From: Eledone cirrhosa
Lineage: Eukaryota
Assembly (NCBI GenBank): GCA_964016885.1
Contig: OZ024742.1
Coordinates: forward strand, 206,584,001 to 206,648,000
Direction: 5' to 3'
Length of the DNA: 64,000 nt
Shown here: positions 1 through 13,824 of the stretch, one piece after another
How the letters are laid out: each line of letters begins with the position of its first letter
How positions within the stretch are numbered: position 1 is the stretch's first letter
Program-made: the position numbers and the translations under genes
The notes under the pieces: generated by a model
What the model saw: the letters and a program-made list of their open reading frames with translations, nothing else
Database searches by the model: none
Told to the model about the DNA's origin: nothing

Positions 1-35
1 TATATATATATATATATATATAGATATTATATACA

Positions 36-84
<49 letters not shown>

Positions 85-86
<2 letters not shown>

Positions 87-221
87 TGAGGAGACTTTTC
101 AAATATTTTACTATGTTTTAAATTGCCTTGTCCGACGAACGAATGAGGACGTTTTTCGAATTCGTGTTATTCAGGAAACCTCTGGTAATGAGGTAATTAT
201 ATTGTATTCTTTATTATACAT

Positions 222-225
<4 letters not shown>
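85..225 (+). mobile_element. Solo PLE 3' terminal fragment carrying a hammerhead-like motif
   Basis: Closely similar to 4970-5105, the 3' end of the PLE at 2632-5182. Confidence 0.7.
121..198 (+). ncRNA. Type I hammerhead ribozyme-like motif, CCGACGA core variant
   Basis: Stem I aattgccttgt/atgaggtaatt (with G-U pairs), core CCGACGA, long stem II region, then GAAAcc-tct-ggTA. Confidence 0.55.
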
Positions 226-261
<36 letters not shown>

Positions 262-262
262 G

Positions 263-341
<79 letters not shown>

Positions 342-360
342 ATATTTATATATATATATG

Positions 361-470
<110 letters not shown>

Positions 471-569
471 TATATACATATATATATATATAAATATATA
501 CATATATATATATATAAATATATACATATACTGCATAGTGAATCCCAACCGATAAGGTAGGATTTTCAT

Positions 570-2631
570 GGGTACTTTTTTACTCCTTTACTCTTTTACC
601 TGTTCAACCCATCCGGCTGAGACCATGCTGGGGCACCGCCCTTGTTGCTACACATTTTATCTCCAGCCTGTATTGGTTGGCCACTGGTGTAAGAGGGAGT
701 TTGCTGCTGCTGCCCTTAGGTTTCCCTCGTACCTTGCTCAGGGCTCATCCTGGATCCTGGATAGCAAGGTGTCAAGATGTTTCTTGAAGACATCCACCTC
801 CACACCATGCACATCTCCCAGATCCCTCGGCAACCTGTTGAAGAGTTGAGGGCCCTAGAATCCCAGACTATTGCAATACCTGCTCCTTATTCTATATGTG
901 GAAGACGGGACCTTTGGCACAACTCAGTGACGTCCTGTTCGACGGTTGGTCCAGCTCCCAATGCCAAAGTTTGGTGGTAGTCCCTCCAGGATTTTCCACA
1001 TCTACACGTAGATCACTGTGTATCTCTCCTGTCTTCGTTGGAAGGAGTAGAGGTTCAGTTCTTTTAGCCTCACCCAGTAGCTTGTCTCCGTCATCGTGGC
1101 AATCCTCTTGGTGTAGCTTCGCTGGATTGCCTCAAGCTCCATGGTTAGTTTGACACTATGGGGTGACCACAACTGGGAGCTATAGTCCAGGCGGCTTAGG
1201 ACAACTGTCCTCCATAGTGTCAACATGGTGTCTCGGTCTATTGTCCGGAAAGTCCTCAAGATCCAGCCAACGTGTCGTCTGCACATTGTCGCCACTTTCA
1301 TGAGGTGTGAGGAAAAAGATGCATCATCGCTCATGTCTATGCCCAGGTCTCGTATCAATTTTGACACGGTGGTTATCGGTCCCTCCTGGTCCTGCGTAAC
1401 TGTTTTGTACTGTATTTGTGTTTGCAGGTTTGTATTGTAGGGCTTGGAATTTGCCAGCATTAAACTGCATGTTGTTTTTTTCCGCCCATTTGTATATGGC
1501 ATCCAGATCTTGTTGTAAAAGGGCAGTGTCAGCTACTTTAGTGTCATCAGCATAGCTAGTGAGGGATGTTGTTGTCTGTACTACAGAGGGCATGTCTGAG
1601 AGAGCCACCAAAAACAGTAGTGGTCCCAGGACTGTCCCTTGGGGCACCCCACTTGTTATTGATGTTTCCTTTGAGAGGGCCCCGTTTGCTGCGACTGTAT
1701 GGCTTCTGTCTTTTAAGAAGTTATGCAGCCACTCACCTACTTTTCCAGTTATGCCGAGTTCGTGTAGTTTATGATATATCATTCCGTGGTCTACCTTGTC
1801 AAAGGCCTTCGTGAAGTCAAGATATATCACGTCCACATGTGAGCTAGCAAGCAGTTGTTTCAGTACCCAGTCGTAGTGATGTAGCAGCTGTGTAAGGCAG
1901 CTTCTTCCTGGGTGGAAGCCATGCTGCGTGCTAGTCAGGCGGTCATTTTCCTCGAGGAAAGTGATCAGTTTCTTTCTGACGACTCGCTCCATGACCTTAC
2001 TGATATGCGACGTCAGGGAGACTGGCCTATGGATTTTGGCCTCCGCTCTGCTACCTCCTTTATGGATAGGGCATATTGTGCCTTCTTTCAGCTCCCTGGG
2101 TAGTATACCACTAGCCAAAGAGCTTCTGAAGAGAGTCTTCAGTGGAGTTGCTAAGGCCCGCTTACATGTTTTTTAAGAGGACTGCTGGGAATCCATCAGG
2201 TCCAGCAGCTGAGTCTGTTCTAATTTCATCTATGGCGTATACCACATTCTCCTCCGTTATGTCTATGTGGTTGATGGTCGCCATTTCTTCATGCAGTGTT
2301 GTGGCATCAAAGAACTCCTCTGGCTTTGTTATTTGCATGTGCCTCAGTGGACATGTGAATACACTTTTGTACTGTTCTTTCAGTATTTCACATATCCCTT
2401 GGTGATTCTCGGTTAATGAACCGTCTGTATGGAAGAGTGGCCCAATCCTGCAGTGTACCAAGGCAGTTTCTTTTGCAAATTTAAAGAAGGCCTTAGGGCT
2501 TGTTTTAATATTTTCTATGGCCCTGCTTTCTTTCTTTGCCCTCTCATTTTCATGAGAAAGTTTGAGTGCAATCTCGGTGTCAAGTAGTGCACGTTTCAAA
2601 TAGGATTCCTTCTTGTTTTGTTTTCTTGTTG
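570..2631 (-). mobile_element. 5'-truncated CR1/L2-group LINE, frameshifted RT ORF plus 3' UTR
   Basis: ORFs 2162-2599, 1324-2118 and 1002-1502 carry AGPDG, RPVSLTS, QHGF, DFTKAFDKVDH, GVPQGTVLGPLLF, YADDTK, RDLGI and LDYSSQLWSP. Short AAAGAGT-like repeat tail near 575-600. Confidence 0.9.
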
Positions 2632-4175
2632 AGGCCCTAACTTAAATAGATTAATGAAAGACTTAATAAAAACCTTCGCTAGTTTTAATCTTAAAATTAC
2701 CATTGACACTAACCTTTCCAATGTTAATTTTCTAGATATAAACCTAGATCTGCCTACTGCTTCTTATAAACCGTACCATAAACCTAATGGAAATTTAAAA
2801 TATATAAATAAAGGCTCTTGCCATCCTCCTGTAGTTTTTAAAAATCTTATCCCTAATATTAGCCGTAGGATCTCCATCCTCTCTTCCCCAGAAGCTATTT
2901 TCACTAAGGCATCCCCCTACTATAATAAAGCCCTTCAAAATAGCGGATTTAGCGAACCGATTAAGTACATACCCAACAATACTAACTCCTTTAAACATAA
3001 TAATAGGAAAAGAAAAATAATTTGGTTCATACCCCCTACTCTTTAGCAGTTAAAACTAATGTAGGCAAACAATTCCTAGAGCTCTTAGATAAACATTTCC
3101 CTAGAACACATAGATACTATAAGATCTTCAATAGAAACTGTGTCAAAATCAGTTACTCCTGCGGACCCCCTATTAAATCTTATATCCTCAATAAGAAAAT
3201 ACCCAGAGAACATCAAAATTGCTCCCGTAGAGTCAAAAGTGAATGCCCATTACAAGGTAAATGCAACACCAAAGCCATTGTATATGCGGCTAAAGTGACA
3301 ACCACCAGCAACAACCTACCAGCCACCAGCGAACGATATGTGGGTATGACACAAGACGAATTCAAAACGCGTTATTATTCACATGTCGCATTTTTCCGAC
3401 ATCCAGAAGAAAATTTACAACAGCTCTGGCTAGCAGAATATGGGATTTGAAAGACCAAGGTATCCAATATCAATTAGATTGGTCAATTTTGAACCAATCT
3501 AAAGAATATGCAAGAGGAACAAGAAGATGCGGACTCTACATAAGTGAAAAATATTGGATTTTACAGAACCTTAAATCGCCAAAGACCTGCCTAAATGCAA
3601 AAACAGAAATTTTCCCCAGTTGCCCACACATTAAATCACACTTGCTTTCCAGCTCATATAAATTTAACTCACTTGCAGATACTTATCCTCCATAAACTCT
3701 TGTTCTTCACTTTCCTTAAATTACTCTCTTTACAGACTTCTCTTTCTGATTTACTTTTATTTTTATTTTTAATTTTAATTTTACTTCACATGCTTTTTTA
3801 TTCACTTACTTCATATCTTCACAATTTTACATATTTTACTTCCCTATTTTCTTTCACTACCTGATAACACATGTCACTTGCGTTTTCAACTCCAGATATA
3901 TTCTGTTGTCTCTCAGCCGCTTTTATGTATGTTTATTTGCGTATAATTTGTACTCAATTATTCATACGGCTTGTTTTTATATTGTATCTATGCGTGTGAG
4001 CGTGCATGTGTGTGTATGCGTGTTTGTATATGTATACGAATGTATTCGTATGTGTGCGTGTGTGTGTATATATGTGTGTGTATGTGTGTTTTTATATCTA
4101 TGTTTTATATCTATGTTTTTTATATTTATGTTTTTTACATACTTATATATATGTGTGTGTATATGTATATGTATA

Positions 4176-4228
<53 letters not shown>

Positions 4229-5182
4229 GTGTATGTATATGTGTATATATATGTATATAGTCGCGTGCGTGCGTGTGATTAGATGTAGATGCACGTATAT
4301 ATATATGTGCTTCGTGTGTATGTATGCGCGCCTCTGTATGTATGTACGCATGTATGTGCTTTTGTCTGTACGTATATATATATATATTTTTATATATATA
4401 TATGTGTATGTACGAACCTATGTTTGTTTTCTATTTTTTCTAGTATTACTTTATAATTGATAACCCCTCCCTCTTACTTTCTCTTTGATTTAATTTTTTA
4501 TTCTGATATATTTTTTCATTATTTCATTTCTATATATGTATCGACCTTCAGCCTGACACTGCTGTGACTGATACACTCCCTTCTCTGTATATATCATTCG
4601 CATGTATGTGGTTGCGCGCGTGTGTGTGTTTATACGCGTGCTTTCATACTTGTATGTGTATATATTTCAATCCTTAGTACCTGAGTCTGGATGTACGTTA
4701 ACTCTATTATCTTACAATTTCTTTTTCAACATATATTATATACGTATTTGTGGTCACACATATATGAGGGCAAGCATATCAGTGTATGTACTTAAGCACA
4801 CATTTTTTCACTTTACACATGCATTTGTACATACACACATATGTACATTTGTGAGTGAATATACACACATTTCTACACATACCCTAACTATATTTTCTTA
4901 TTTTATTTTTATATATCTCTTGCATTACTTTTATTTATATATTTTTTTTGCTCGTTAAACTTTTGCCTTTCTTGAGATTTTTCAGATATTTCACTATGTT
5001 TTAAATTGCCTTGTCCGACGAACGAATAGGGACGTTTCTTGTATTCGTCTTATTCGGGAAACCTCTGGTAATGAGGTAATTATATTGTATTGTTTATTAT
5101 ACATTAAATTTAGCTCTGGTACTTACATAGAACACTCTTCACTCCTATGACTTTTTCAATTTTCAACGGAAACTTCAATACT
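2632..5182 (+). mobile_element. Penelope-like element, family A (RT C-terminus plus GIY-YIG), 5'-truncated, microsatellite-rich 3' UTR
   Basis: NFLDINLDL, PYHKPN, SCHPP, CPLQGKC, IVY...YVGMTQDEFKTRY..H across frameshifted ORFs 2654-3695. Hammerhead-like motif near the 3' end. Confidence 0.9.
5004..5081 (+). ncRNA. Hammerhead-like motif (CCGACGA core) at PLE 3' end
   Basis: Same architecture and same core variant as 121-198. Confidence 0.55.
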
Positions 5183-5198
5183 TGTATATATATATATA

Positions 5199-5797
5199 TG
5201 GTTATGTAATAAACAACATAAGATAATTATTTCATTTACTAGAGGTCGCTTGAAAGTAGATATTTAATCTGTTTTCAGTCGTCAGAATGAATAAAAACAT
5301 GGTGTTTTTATAAAATATGGATTTGAAAACAAAAATATTTAAGAAATATGAAAGTGAGGCTGAGAAAGAAACGGACGAAAAAGAGTAGAAAAATATATAA
5401 ATATATATAAAAAAACAATAAATATCCAGAACGTAAGCAGACACACTAAACCACGCACATATACTTAAAAGGTACGAAGATGTATACTTTATCACATAAG
5501 CGTATTAGCGTTTACAGACAGGGACATAAATACATACACATAAATATACATGAAGTAATAAATAAATAAATGAATGAGAACCAAAAATATACAAAGTCAA
5601 AAGGGAGACGTGTTGACAGCGATAAGTATCAGGGTGTGGAGGGAGGGGGGGGGGGATAAAAACAACTTAAAAATAAACATATATACGAGATGTGCATATA
5701 CAAATATATATACATAAACAGACACACACACACACATATATACATGCATAGATACTCATACTCACGTATAAAAACACACACCCATATGCATGTATGC

Positions 5798-5858
<61 letters not shown>

Positions 5859-6225
5859 AAAATATAAAATAAAGATACGTACACACACACATACACATGC
5901 TTGCAAAAATAAATATACACATACACACGTATATATAAAAAAAACATGCATACAACCTTATTACACATACATCCACATACATACACATAAAGATCTACAA
6001 TAAAGAGCATAGGTTCATAACCTACGTACATACGTAAACAAATGCGTGCGCGCGCACACGTTCGTAATAAAATGAACACAAGCATACAAAAAACCATACG
6101 TAAATCCATACACACATAATAACCCATATATACAAAAGCATATATACAGCTGCATACACACACGTACACGTAACCACATACATATAACCATATAAATATA
6201 ATAAACATACACAAACACATATATA

Positions 6226-6315
<90 letters not shown>

Positions 6316-8028
6316 CATATATTTATATGTGTATATATATACTCACACGCACACATACACACACACATACACATACATACAATAAAAAATCAAAATACTA
6401 TAAATGTATGTACACATAAACCTGTCTGCATAAGCGCCCGCACACAACCCTATGTAAGTATAATAAAAGACCTAGTGGGTAAGTAAGGACAAAAGGAGTA
6501 AAACTGAAATAAAATAATAAACTCAATTAATAAGAACAAGTAAGGGAAAATAGTGTTGTAAAAGGTTTGTGATGAGATCTAGATAAGAGTATCTGGTTAA
6601 AAAGTGAACTGAGTTAAGTGTAAAGGTGGTGGGTGTGTATGTGTAAAAGGAAAGGTAGAAAGTAGGGGGGGATTATAAGTCTCTGAAAAAAATTATAAAA
6701 ATAAAAAGGTATATAGAAGGTGATGAGGGAGAAAAAGTATATATGGGTAGAAAATATGAGTTCATAAGATTCGTGGTCAGTGGAAGGCGTGATGAGTAAA
6801 GAAGAAGCTCAAGGTGGTTGAGTAATCGTAGGAATGTTAATCCAGTTAAAAAGTAGATGCGATTTCAGATGCGGACAACATCTGAAGATCTCGGTCTTAG
6901 AGATGAGGCAAGTGGAAGGGGCTTTCAAGTTTTGGAGAATTCGAATTTTTTCCGTGGTGCACAAAGAACATTTCTTTGTGCCCCTTTGGTATTCGCTTGA
7001 ATGGTCTAAAATATACCAATCAAGAGTATACGGAATGTTTTTGTCTTTAAATTCCCACACTTTATTTGCCAGCGCTGTAGCTGTTTTTTTATCAGGGTGT
7101 TTGAAAGAAGCGACATGTGCATAATATCTGGTTTTGAATCTGTCCTGAGTCATGCCAACATATCGTTCACTCCTGGCTGGCTGGATATTAATCATCGGTA
7201 TCAATTTGGCCTCATACACAATGGATTTGGTATTACATTTACCCTGTAATGGGCATTCTTCAGGCTACCTGCAACTACATCCTGTATTCACGATTAGAGT
7301 TGGTAATTTTAGTCTTCATTGATGGGCAGCAAGAGTAACTGATTTTGACTACATTTCTACTAAATATCTTATTACATCTATGATTAGGGGGGAAATGTTT
7401 GTCTAGAAGGTCGAAGAATTTTCTTCCTACATTAGTTTTAACATTTAGAGAGAAGGGGGGGGGGGTGTAAACCAAATCATTTTTCTTTTCCTATTATTGT
7501 GTTTCGTGTTAGAGAGAAGAGTAGGCAAATATTTAATATGTTCGGTGAAACCGTTGTTATGGAGGGCCTTGTTAAAAATGTCTATAGACGAAGATAAGGT
7601 AGAAATCCTACGGCTAATGTTAGGAATAACATTTTTAATAGGGGATGGCAAGACTCTTTGTGTATATATCTTAAATTCTCGTTCGGTTTATGAAAAGGTT
7701 TAAAAGAGGCAGTAAGTAGATCAAGATTAATATCAAGAAAGTTAGTATTAGTAAGATTCGTATCTATAGTAATTTTAAGGTTTAGGTTAGCAAAGGTATT
7801 AATTAAATCTTTACGGAATTTATCAAGGTTATGGCCGTTCGTGGTATGAGAAATTGCCAAACCATCGTCTCGGTATAAACCGATATTATGGCAAGGAAAT
7901 TTCTCTTTAAGGGTGTGAAGGAGGAATAATCCTACTAAGTCGCACACATCAGCACTATCATATGAGTCCATCGCAACATCAAAAGAGTTTTCAGGGCTTG
8001 ATTTTTTAACCCAAACTCGTCCACAACT
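5199..8028 (-). mobile_element. Penelope-like element, family A, 5'-truncated
   Basis: FDVAMDSYDSADVCDLVGL, GLYRDDGL, NFLDINLDL, YVGMTQDRFKTRYYAH and CSLCTTEK in ORFs 6809-8061. Microsatellite-rich 3' UTR; converges tail-to-tail with the PLE at 2632-5182. Confidence 0.9.
5231..5291 (-). ncRNA. Degenerate hammerhead-like motif
   Basis: Minus strand ttcatt-CTGACGA...GCGA(for GAAA)cctctaGTA-aatgaa. Same family as 52467-52539. Confidence 0.45.
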
Positions 8029-8031
8029 CGT

Positions 8032-9045
8032 ATCACTAACAGTGCTGCAGTCCTGGGTCAAGCGAAGACCGAAAATGGGCGCCTGAAACCATGAGTGCCT
8101 TCAGGCGCTCACAGCCCTCTACCAAGCGGAAACGGCAATCAGCGGAGACTCCACTTCGACATTCTATAGGGGATTAGTGGAGGATAAGTGCGACTACATT
8201 CTCGGGGAAACTCTAGACATCGCGGAAGACGAACTAACCAGTCTGTTCGGGAGGACTTTCCGTCCAGGGCCTATGGATAACTTCCAGAGGTCTCTGGCCT
8301 GGCAGTGCTACCGAGGAGCTCTACCAGTTCGAGACAAAATCTACAGGCACGGACGCGCTGGCAGAGATCCTGCCAAAAGGACCTGTCCAAAATGCGAGCA
8401 GGACATCGAAACCGTTCTGCACGCAATTGTTCAGTGCCCAGGGGTGATCGATCTGTGGAATTATGTCGAACAGCTACTGTCACGTGTAGGACGCATCCAG
8501 TTGTCAGCCGAGTCCATCATGAGGATCACCCCGCCGCCTTCATTGAAGAATGAAGGAGAGGCGGTCTTCCTCTGTCTGGTGGCTATGGCAAAAGAGGTTA
8601 AAAGGACTGAAGGCAAGCACTTTTCTCGCTGGACAACAACTCATGCCCTTCTTTAAGTACCACTTCAGAAGGAAGGTGAGAGTGGAGAGAGAGATGCTAC
8701 ACCCCAGTAAATTCGCTGAACGGTGGGTGAATGTGGCGAAAATGCCCGGGTGAATGGGCCTTCTCTGTATATAACCTGTAGGTTGAGGAAGATAAACAGA
8801 GGGAAGACGGGAACACCTACAAAACGTGTTCCTGGTGTTGAGGGTTGTTCTATCCGCGGGGTGTAAAACAACCCCGTAGTAGCGTTACCCCCCCCCCCCC
8901 CACGCACACACACTAATGGGGATGTCAATTGTTTTATTTTTATATGGTTTAGTGTTATTTATCATTGTTAAAGATTTTATGTAAAACCCCCACCGTCACG
9001 TCTTGTAATGTCCCATTTTTGTACGCCCCTCTGGCAAATAAAGAA

Positions 9046-9049
<4 letters not shown>
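8032..9049 (+). mobile_element. L1/Tx1 3' fragment
   Basis: MDNFQRSLAWQCYRGALPV and CPKC..ETVLHAIVQC zinc knuckle, homologous to the Tx1 elements at 14 kb and 39 kb. AATAAA followed by (TC)n(TA)n. Confidence 0.85.
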
Positions 9050-9129
<80 letters not shown>

Positions 9130-9132
<3 letters not shown>

Positions 9133-10253
9133 CCAAAGGATTGGTGCATCGTCATCATTGTCAACTGCTACAAGGGTAAAGGTGATGCACTAGATAAAGG
9201 AAACTATAGAGGTATAAAGCTGATGGACCAGGTCATGTAAGTAACAGAAAGAGTTATAGCACAGTTGATTAGGGACCGGGTGAAACTAGATGAGATGCAA
9301 TATGGGTTTGTACCAGGAAAAGGCACCACTGATGCCCTCTTCCTTGTGAGGCAGTTACAGGAAAAGTACCTAGCTAAAAGTAAGCCACTCTACATGGCAT
9401 TCGTAATCTGCTGTAATCTAGTGGGCTCTTAGAAAATTGGGTTTAGATGAATGGCTTGTGAAAGCTGTATAAGCAATGTATAGAGGAGCAGTCAGCAAAG
9501 TTAGGGTTAGCAATGACGATAGAGTGGAATTTAGCATACAGGTCGGTGTCCACCAGGGCTCTGTTCTTAGCCTTCTCCTGTTCATCATAGTTTTGCAGGC
9601 AATAACGGAGGAGTTTAAGACCGAATGCCCATGGGAACTCCTATATGCGGATAATCTCGCACTTATAGATGGATCTATGGTGGAACTAGAGAAAAAATTC
9701 CAAATATGGAAGCAGGGACTAGAAAGAAAGGGTCTCAAAGTCAAGCTGACAAAGACTAAGGTACTCGTAATTAGACGAGAAAACAGAACCCAGATCCCCT
9801 CAGGGAAGTGGCCTTGCTCAGTATGTAAAAAAGGTGTAGGTAGGAACTCCATCCTCCTCCCCAAATACACACAATGGGTACACAAGAGATGTAGTGGGAT
9901 CTCAGGAAGCTTAACTAAGAATGTAGGCTTCATATATAGCAGCTGTGCTGGGACAGCAAGCAGCAAATAGAAAGGCTCTGCAGAAACAGTAGACAGTTTC
10001 TGCTACCTAGGTGACTGAATTAGCAGCGGAGGTGGGTGTTCGGAAAGTACAATAACTAGGGTAAGAACAGGATGGAAGAAGTTCAGGGAGCTACTGTCAC
10101 TGATAGCTGCAAAAGGCTTTTCCCTCAACATGAAAGGCAGACTGTATGATACTTGTATACGAACAGCAATGTTACATGGTAGAGAGACATGGGCGCTGTC
10201 TGTAGAAGACTTGCGTAGATTAGAAAGAAATGAAGCTTGCATGCTCCGATGGA
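9130..10253 (+). mobile_element. RTE-clade LINE RT fragment (left part, interrupted by LTR element)
   Basis: YKGKGD..NYRGIKL, QYGFVPGKGTTDA, GVHQGSVLS, LLYADNL and FCYLG motifs, with stops. Resumes at 12901. Confidence 0.9.
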
Positions 10254-10805
10254 TGTTTAGCAGTATTAGTTATAGAGTAGTCGCCACTTTAGCAGGGTGG
10301 TAGAATCAGTGGTCGTTAGTTGCCAGTGTGGTAAGTGATAGTATCCTCGTTGGATTATCTTGTTGACATAGACGTGAGGGAAGGTCCCTCGATCTATTTA
10401 CCATCTATTTACAATATTCCTTTCGTCAGGTCGCCAATTCCAGCAGCATGGGTTATAGATGTTATTGAGATACGAGTAACATAACAATGATTTCAACAGC
10501 AGTAATTAGAGATGAAATGTACGTTTATTTATATGGTTGAAGTTACAGATAAAAAGAGGTTACAAAAGGGAATGTGCCATTGCGCCGTTAAGCCGGCGAG
10601 GCTAGGGTGAAAATCTCACCGTTACATTATGCGTGTTGCTGGCTTGAAGTTTCCGGTACAAGAGAGAGATTCTTCAAATCTTCGCGGGGAATTTCTTCCT
10701 CAGGGCGCGTAGGGATACATCCTCTTCTACTGGCGCTGATTGGCTGAACTGAGCCAAATCGCGCACAGAGAATGTATGTGAGCCCGCGGAATGTAGGTCA
10801 CTACA
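10254..10805 (-). repeat. 3' LTR (552 bp, TG...CA)
   Basis: TG/CA termini on the minus strand; about 6 substitutions versus the other copy, counted by eye. Confidence 0.8.
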
Positions 10806-12381
10806 TCACCTCCGACCAGATTTTCAGCCGAAAATCGATAACAAAGAAACCAAGGACCCACATATTATTGAATCAGCAAGAACAAATGCTGAAAGAGCAC
10901 ATCAGTGAAAAAATAATTGGGCAGAAAGATTCATGCAAGAACAAAAAATAAATTAGGCGCGACGGGCCGTGTTGAGCCGCTGTCAAATGACTAGCTGTTT
11001 TGTAGTTCAAACGAGACCCTCAAGGGCCTACCAGAAAACAGATAAAGTCTGACATGGGCCAAGTTGCTGTTCTTGCATTAAATGTTAATGGTAAGCGTTG
11101 TACCAGTAGCTGTGAACGAAGCTATTATGGTAGTTTACCAGTGCTGGCGAGAAAATGATGGCCCCCAGATGTATTGTCGAATGTGCTGTGGAGCCAGGAA
11201 AAAATGGCTGGTTGCTTTGTAAAGAAAAAAAGGCAAGTTTAATCTGTAGGTGGGTTGCAGTGTAAATTCCATAATTCGGGCGAATCCACAGAAGTGGTGG
11301 AAATGCTGACAAGTCCAGTTCAATTTGTTGCCTTCCCAGCGAGTCGGGCAAAAACAACAAGACGAATGGTCGTCATGGACGATCAGTGTGCAACGAGATG
11401 CGAAGCTGTTTGAGTTCAGCTGCAATTAGTATTCTCGTGTTGCGGTGCCTGTTTGAATCTAGTGGATTAAGCTCTGTGAGCTGCTAGCATGTGACAGCAT
11501 CTCAACCAGGTGAAAAGGGACTCGCAGAATATTACGTTTGAAGAACATATACCAAGAACAACATGTTGGTGTGTGATAAAAAAAAATGTGTGCATATGCA
11601 GGCATGTAAAACAGCAAAGAATGTGAATGAACAAAAACCATGAGCAAACAAATAGCAAAAGAGCACAAAACACGTAAATGCATTCTACAAAGAAATATGT
11701 GAATGTAACAAACTGATAATTCAAAGTCAATCTAGGGGAGCAGAGAAATTGCTCAATAAGTTCAAAGTTTTTCAAAGTCAAATAGTTCACACATCACCAG
11801 TGTACAGACACTAGTTCTATCTGAAAACTGAAAAAGAAGTTTGCTAATGCCGTTAGGGGTTAGATGTATGGTGTTTTTGTGAGATTTCGTGGCCATCTTG
11901 TGTGGCATAAGGTTGTGTTGCTTATTGTTAAAGCAAATTCAAAGAATCTTCTGTAGAGTAGCGGTCACCAAATATGGCAGCCACGTCTGACGCCATAATG
12001 GGGAGAAAACTACTGTCTCAAATTCTCGCGTCCCTGTGGTAACGAGACAGAAGGTATGGTGGTTGCGTCGGTAAAGTTACAAGCCGTTTTGAAATTTCCG
12101 ATGTGTGGTGGTTGGCGTCGGTAAGGTTATGAAGCTGCCACTCACTGTTCCCTGTATTGGTCAGTGGTTAAACAACGCTGTCGCTGCTGCTGTCGTTGTT
12201 GTTGGTAGCCATCTTGAAATTTTTTCGTGGCGAAAAAGTTCTTGAAATACAGCTAATTTTTCAAAAATCTTAAAAGGAATATTTTGTATCTTCGCAAGTT
12301 GCGAAAAGGTTGACAAAGGGGCAATAAAAGTTCAACTGAATGAAAAAGAAGGGCTGCGTTAAATTCTTACGTCGGTCACCA

Positions 12382-12900
12382 CTTTAGCAGGGTGGTAGAA
12401 TCAGTGGTCGTTAGTTGCCAGTGTGGTAAGTGATAGTATCCTCGTTGGATTATCTTGTTGACATAGACGTGAGGGAAGGTCCCTCGATCTATTTACCATC
12501 TATTTACAATATTCCTTTCATCAGGTCGCCAATTCCAGCAGCATGGGTTATAGATGTTATTGAGACACGAGTAACATAACAATGATTTCAACAGCAGTAA
12601 TTAGAGATGAAATGTACGTTTATTTATATGGTTGAAGTTACAGATAAAAAGAGGTTACAAAAGGGAATGTGCCATTGCGCCGTTAAGCCGGCGAGGCTAG
12701 GGTGCAAATCTCACCGTTACATTATGCGTGTTGCTGGCTTGAAGTTTCCGGTACAAGAGAGAGAATCTTCAAATCTTCGCGGGGAATTTCTTCCTCAGGG
12801 CGCGTAGGGATACATCCTCTTCTACTGGCGCTGATTGGCTGAACTGAGCCAAATTGCGCACAGAGAATGTATGTGAGCCCGCGGAATGTAGGTCACTACT
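12382..12900 (-). repeat. 5' LTR (lacks the last ~30 nt of the other copy)
   Basis: Near-identical to 10287-10805 and followed directly by the PBS-like sequence. Confidence 0.8.
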
Positions 12901-13040
12901 GATGTGTAATAGTAATATACGCGAACGGCAAAGCATAAATGAATTGAGAGAGAGACTGAGCATGAGAGGAATCAAATGCTGTGTGCAGGAGAGGAGGTTG
13001 TGTTGGTATGGACAAGTGATGTGTATGAAGGATCACAGCT
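12901..13040 (+). mobile_element. RTE LINE fragment (right part)
   Basis: MCNSNIRERQSINELRERL..CCVQERRLCWYGQVM continues the RTE frame broken at 10253. Confidence 0.85.
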
Positions 13041-13360
13041 TTTGTTTCACATATGTTTCGCATATTTTGTGAAAACGAATGCAATAGACATTTCAATAAG
13101 AAATTAAGATGGATGAAGAAGAAAAAACAAGAAGAAAGGAAAATAGAAAATTTACAAAAATACCCAGATAACATCAACAATATCCGTATGACAGACGTAG
13201 CATTACCGGCAGAATTTAGCAAAGACCATACAATAAATATTTATGGGAAAAATAGGCTCCACAGCTCCCACCGAAATTTGCTATCTACAAAAAAATAAAT
13301 CCAATCGAGTGTAAAACGGAGCTGGAAAAGTGTTTCACAAAAATACGTTGGAATGCGAAA

Positions 13361-13824
13361 TTAAACAACAATTCTACGGACAATAACTCTGAGTATAGAA
13401 ATAACAGCTATAATAGTAATAGTCATAACAATGACAATAGCAGCAATAATAGTGGTAATAATATTAACGATAGACAGAACAACAACAACCACAATAATAA
13501 TAATGAAAACATTAACGACAGACACAACAACAACAACAACAACAACAACCACAGTGGTAATAATGGAAATAATATGAGTAACAACATTAATGATAGACAC
13601 AACAACAACAACCACAGTAGTAATAATGGAAATAATACGAGTAATAACAACAACTACAGTAGTAATAATGGAAATAATACGATAGACACAAAAACAACAA
13701 CAACAACAAAAACAAGAAACATAATAATAAAAGTAACAACCACAATGGTAGAAATAACAGTAACAACAACAATAACAATACAGAAAACAACAACAATACA
13801 TCTAACAATCATAACAATAATAAT
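13361..13824. repeat. AAC/AAT-rich low-complexity tract with internal ~60 bp duplications
   Basis: Repeated gacacaacaacaac...cacagtagtaataatggaaataata units; the tract continues at 16331-16420. Confidence 0.85.

Larger units (their letters stand above)
10254..12900 (-). mobile_element. Non-autonomous LTR retroelement (TRIM/LARD-like) inserted in the RTE
   Basis: Direct repeats of about 520 bp at 10280-10805 and 12375-12900. On the minus strand the LTR starts TGTAGTG and ends CTAAACA. PBS-like TGGTGACCGACGT at 12369-12381; purine-rich tract at 10806-10817. RTE sequence is continuous across the insertion. Confidence 0.8.

Noticed and set aside
11085-11790. ORFs inside the LTR element as gag or env
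   Set aside because: Short, overlapping and without recognisable motifs.
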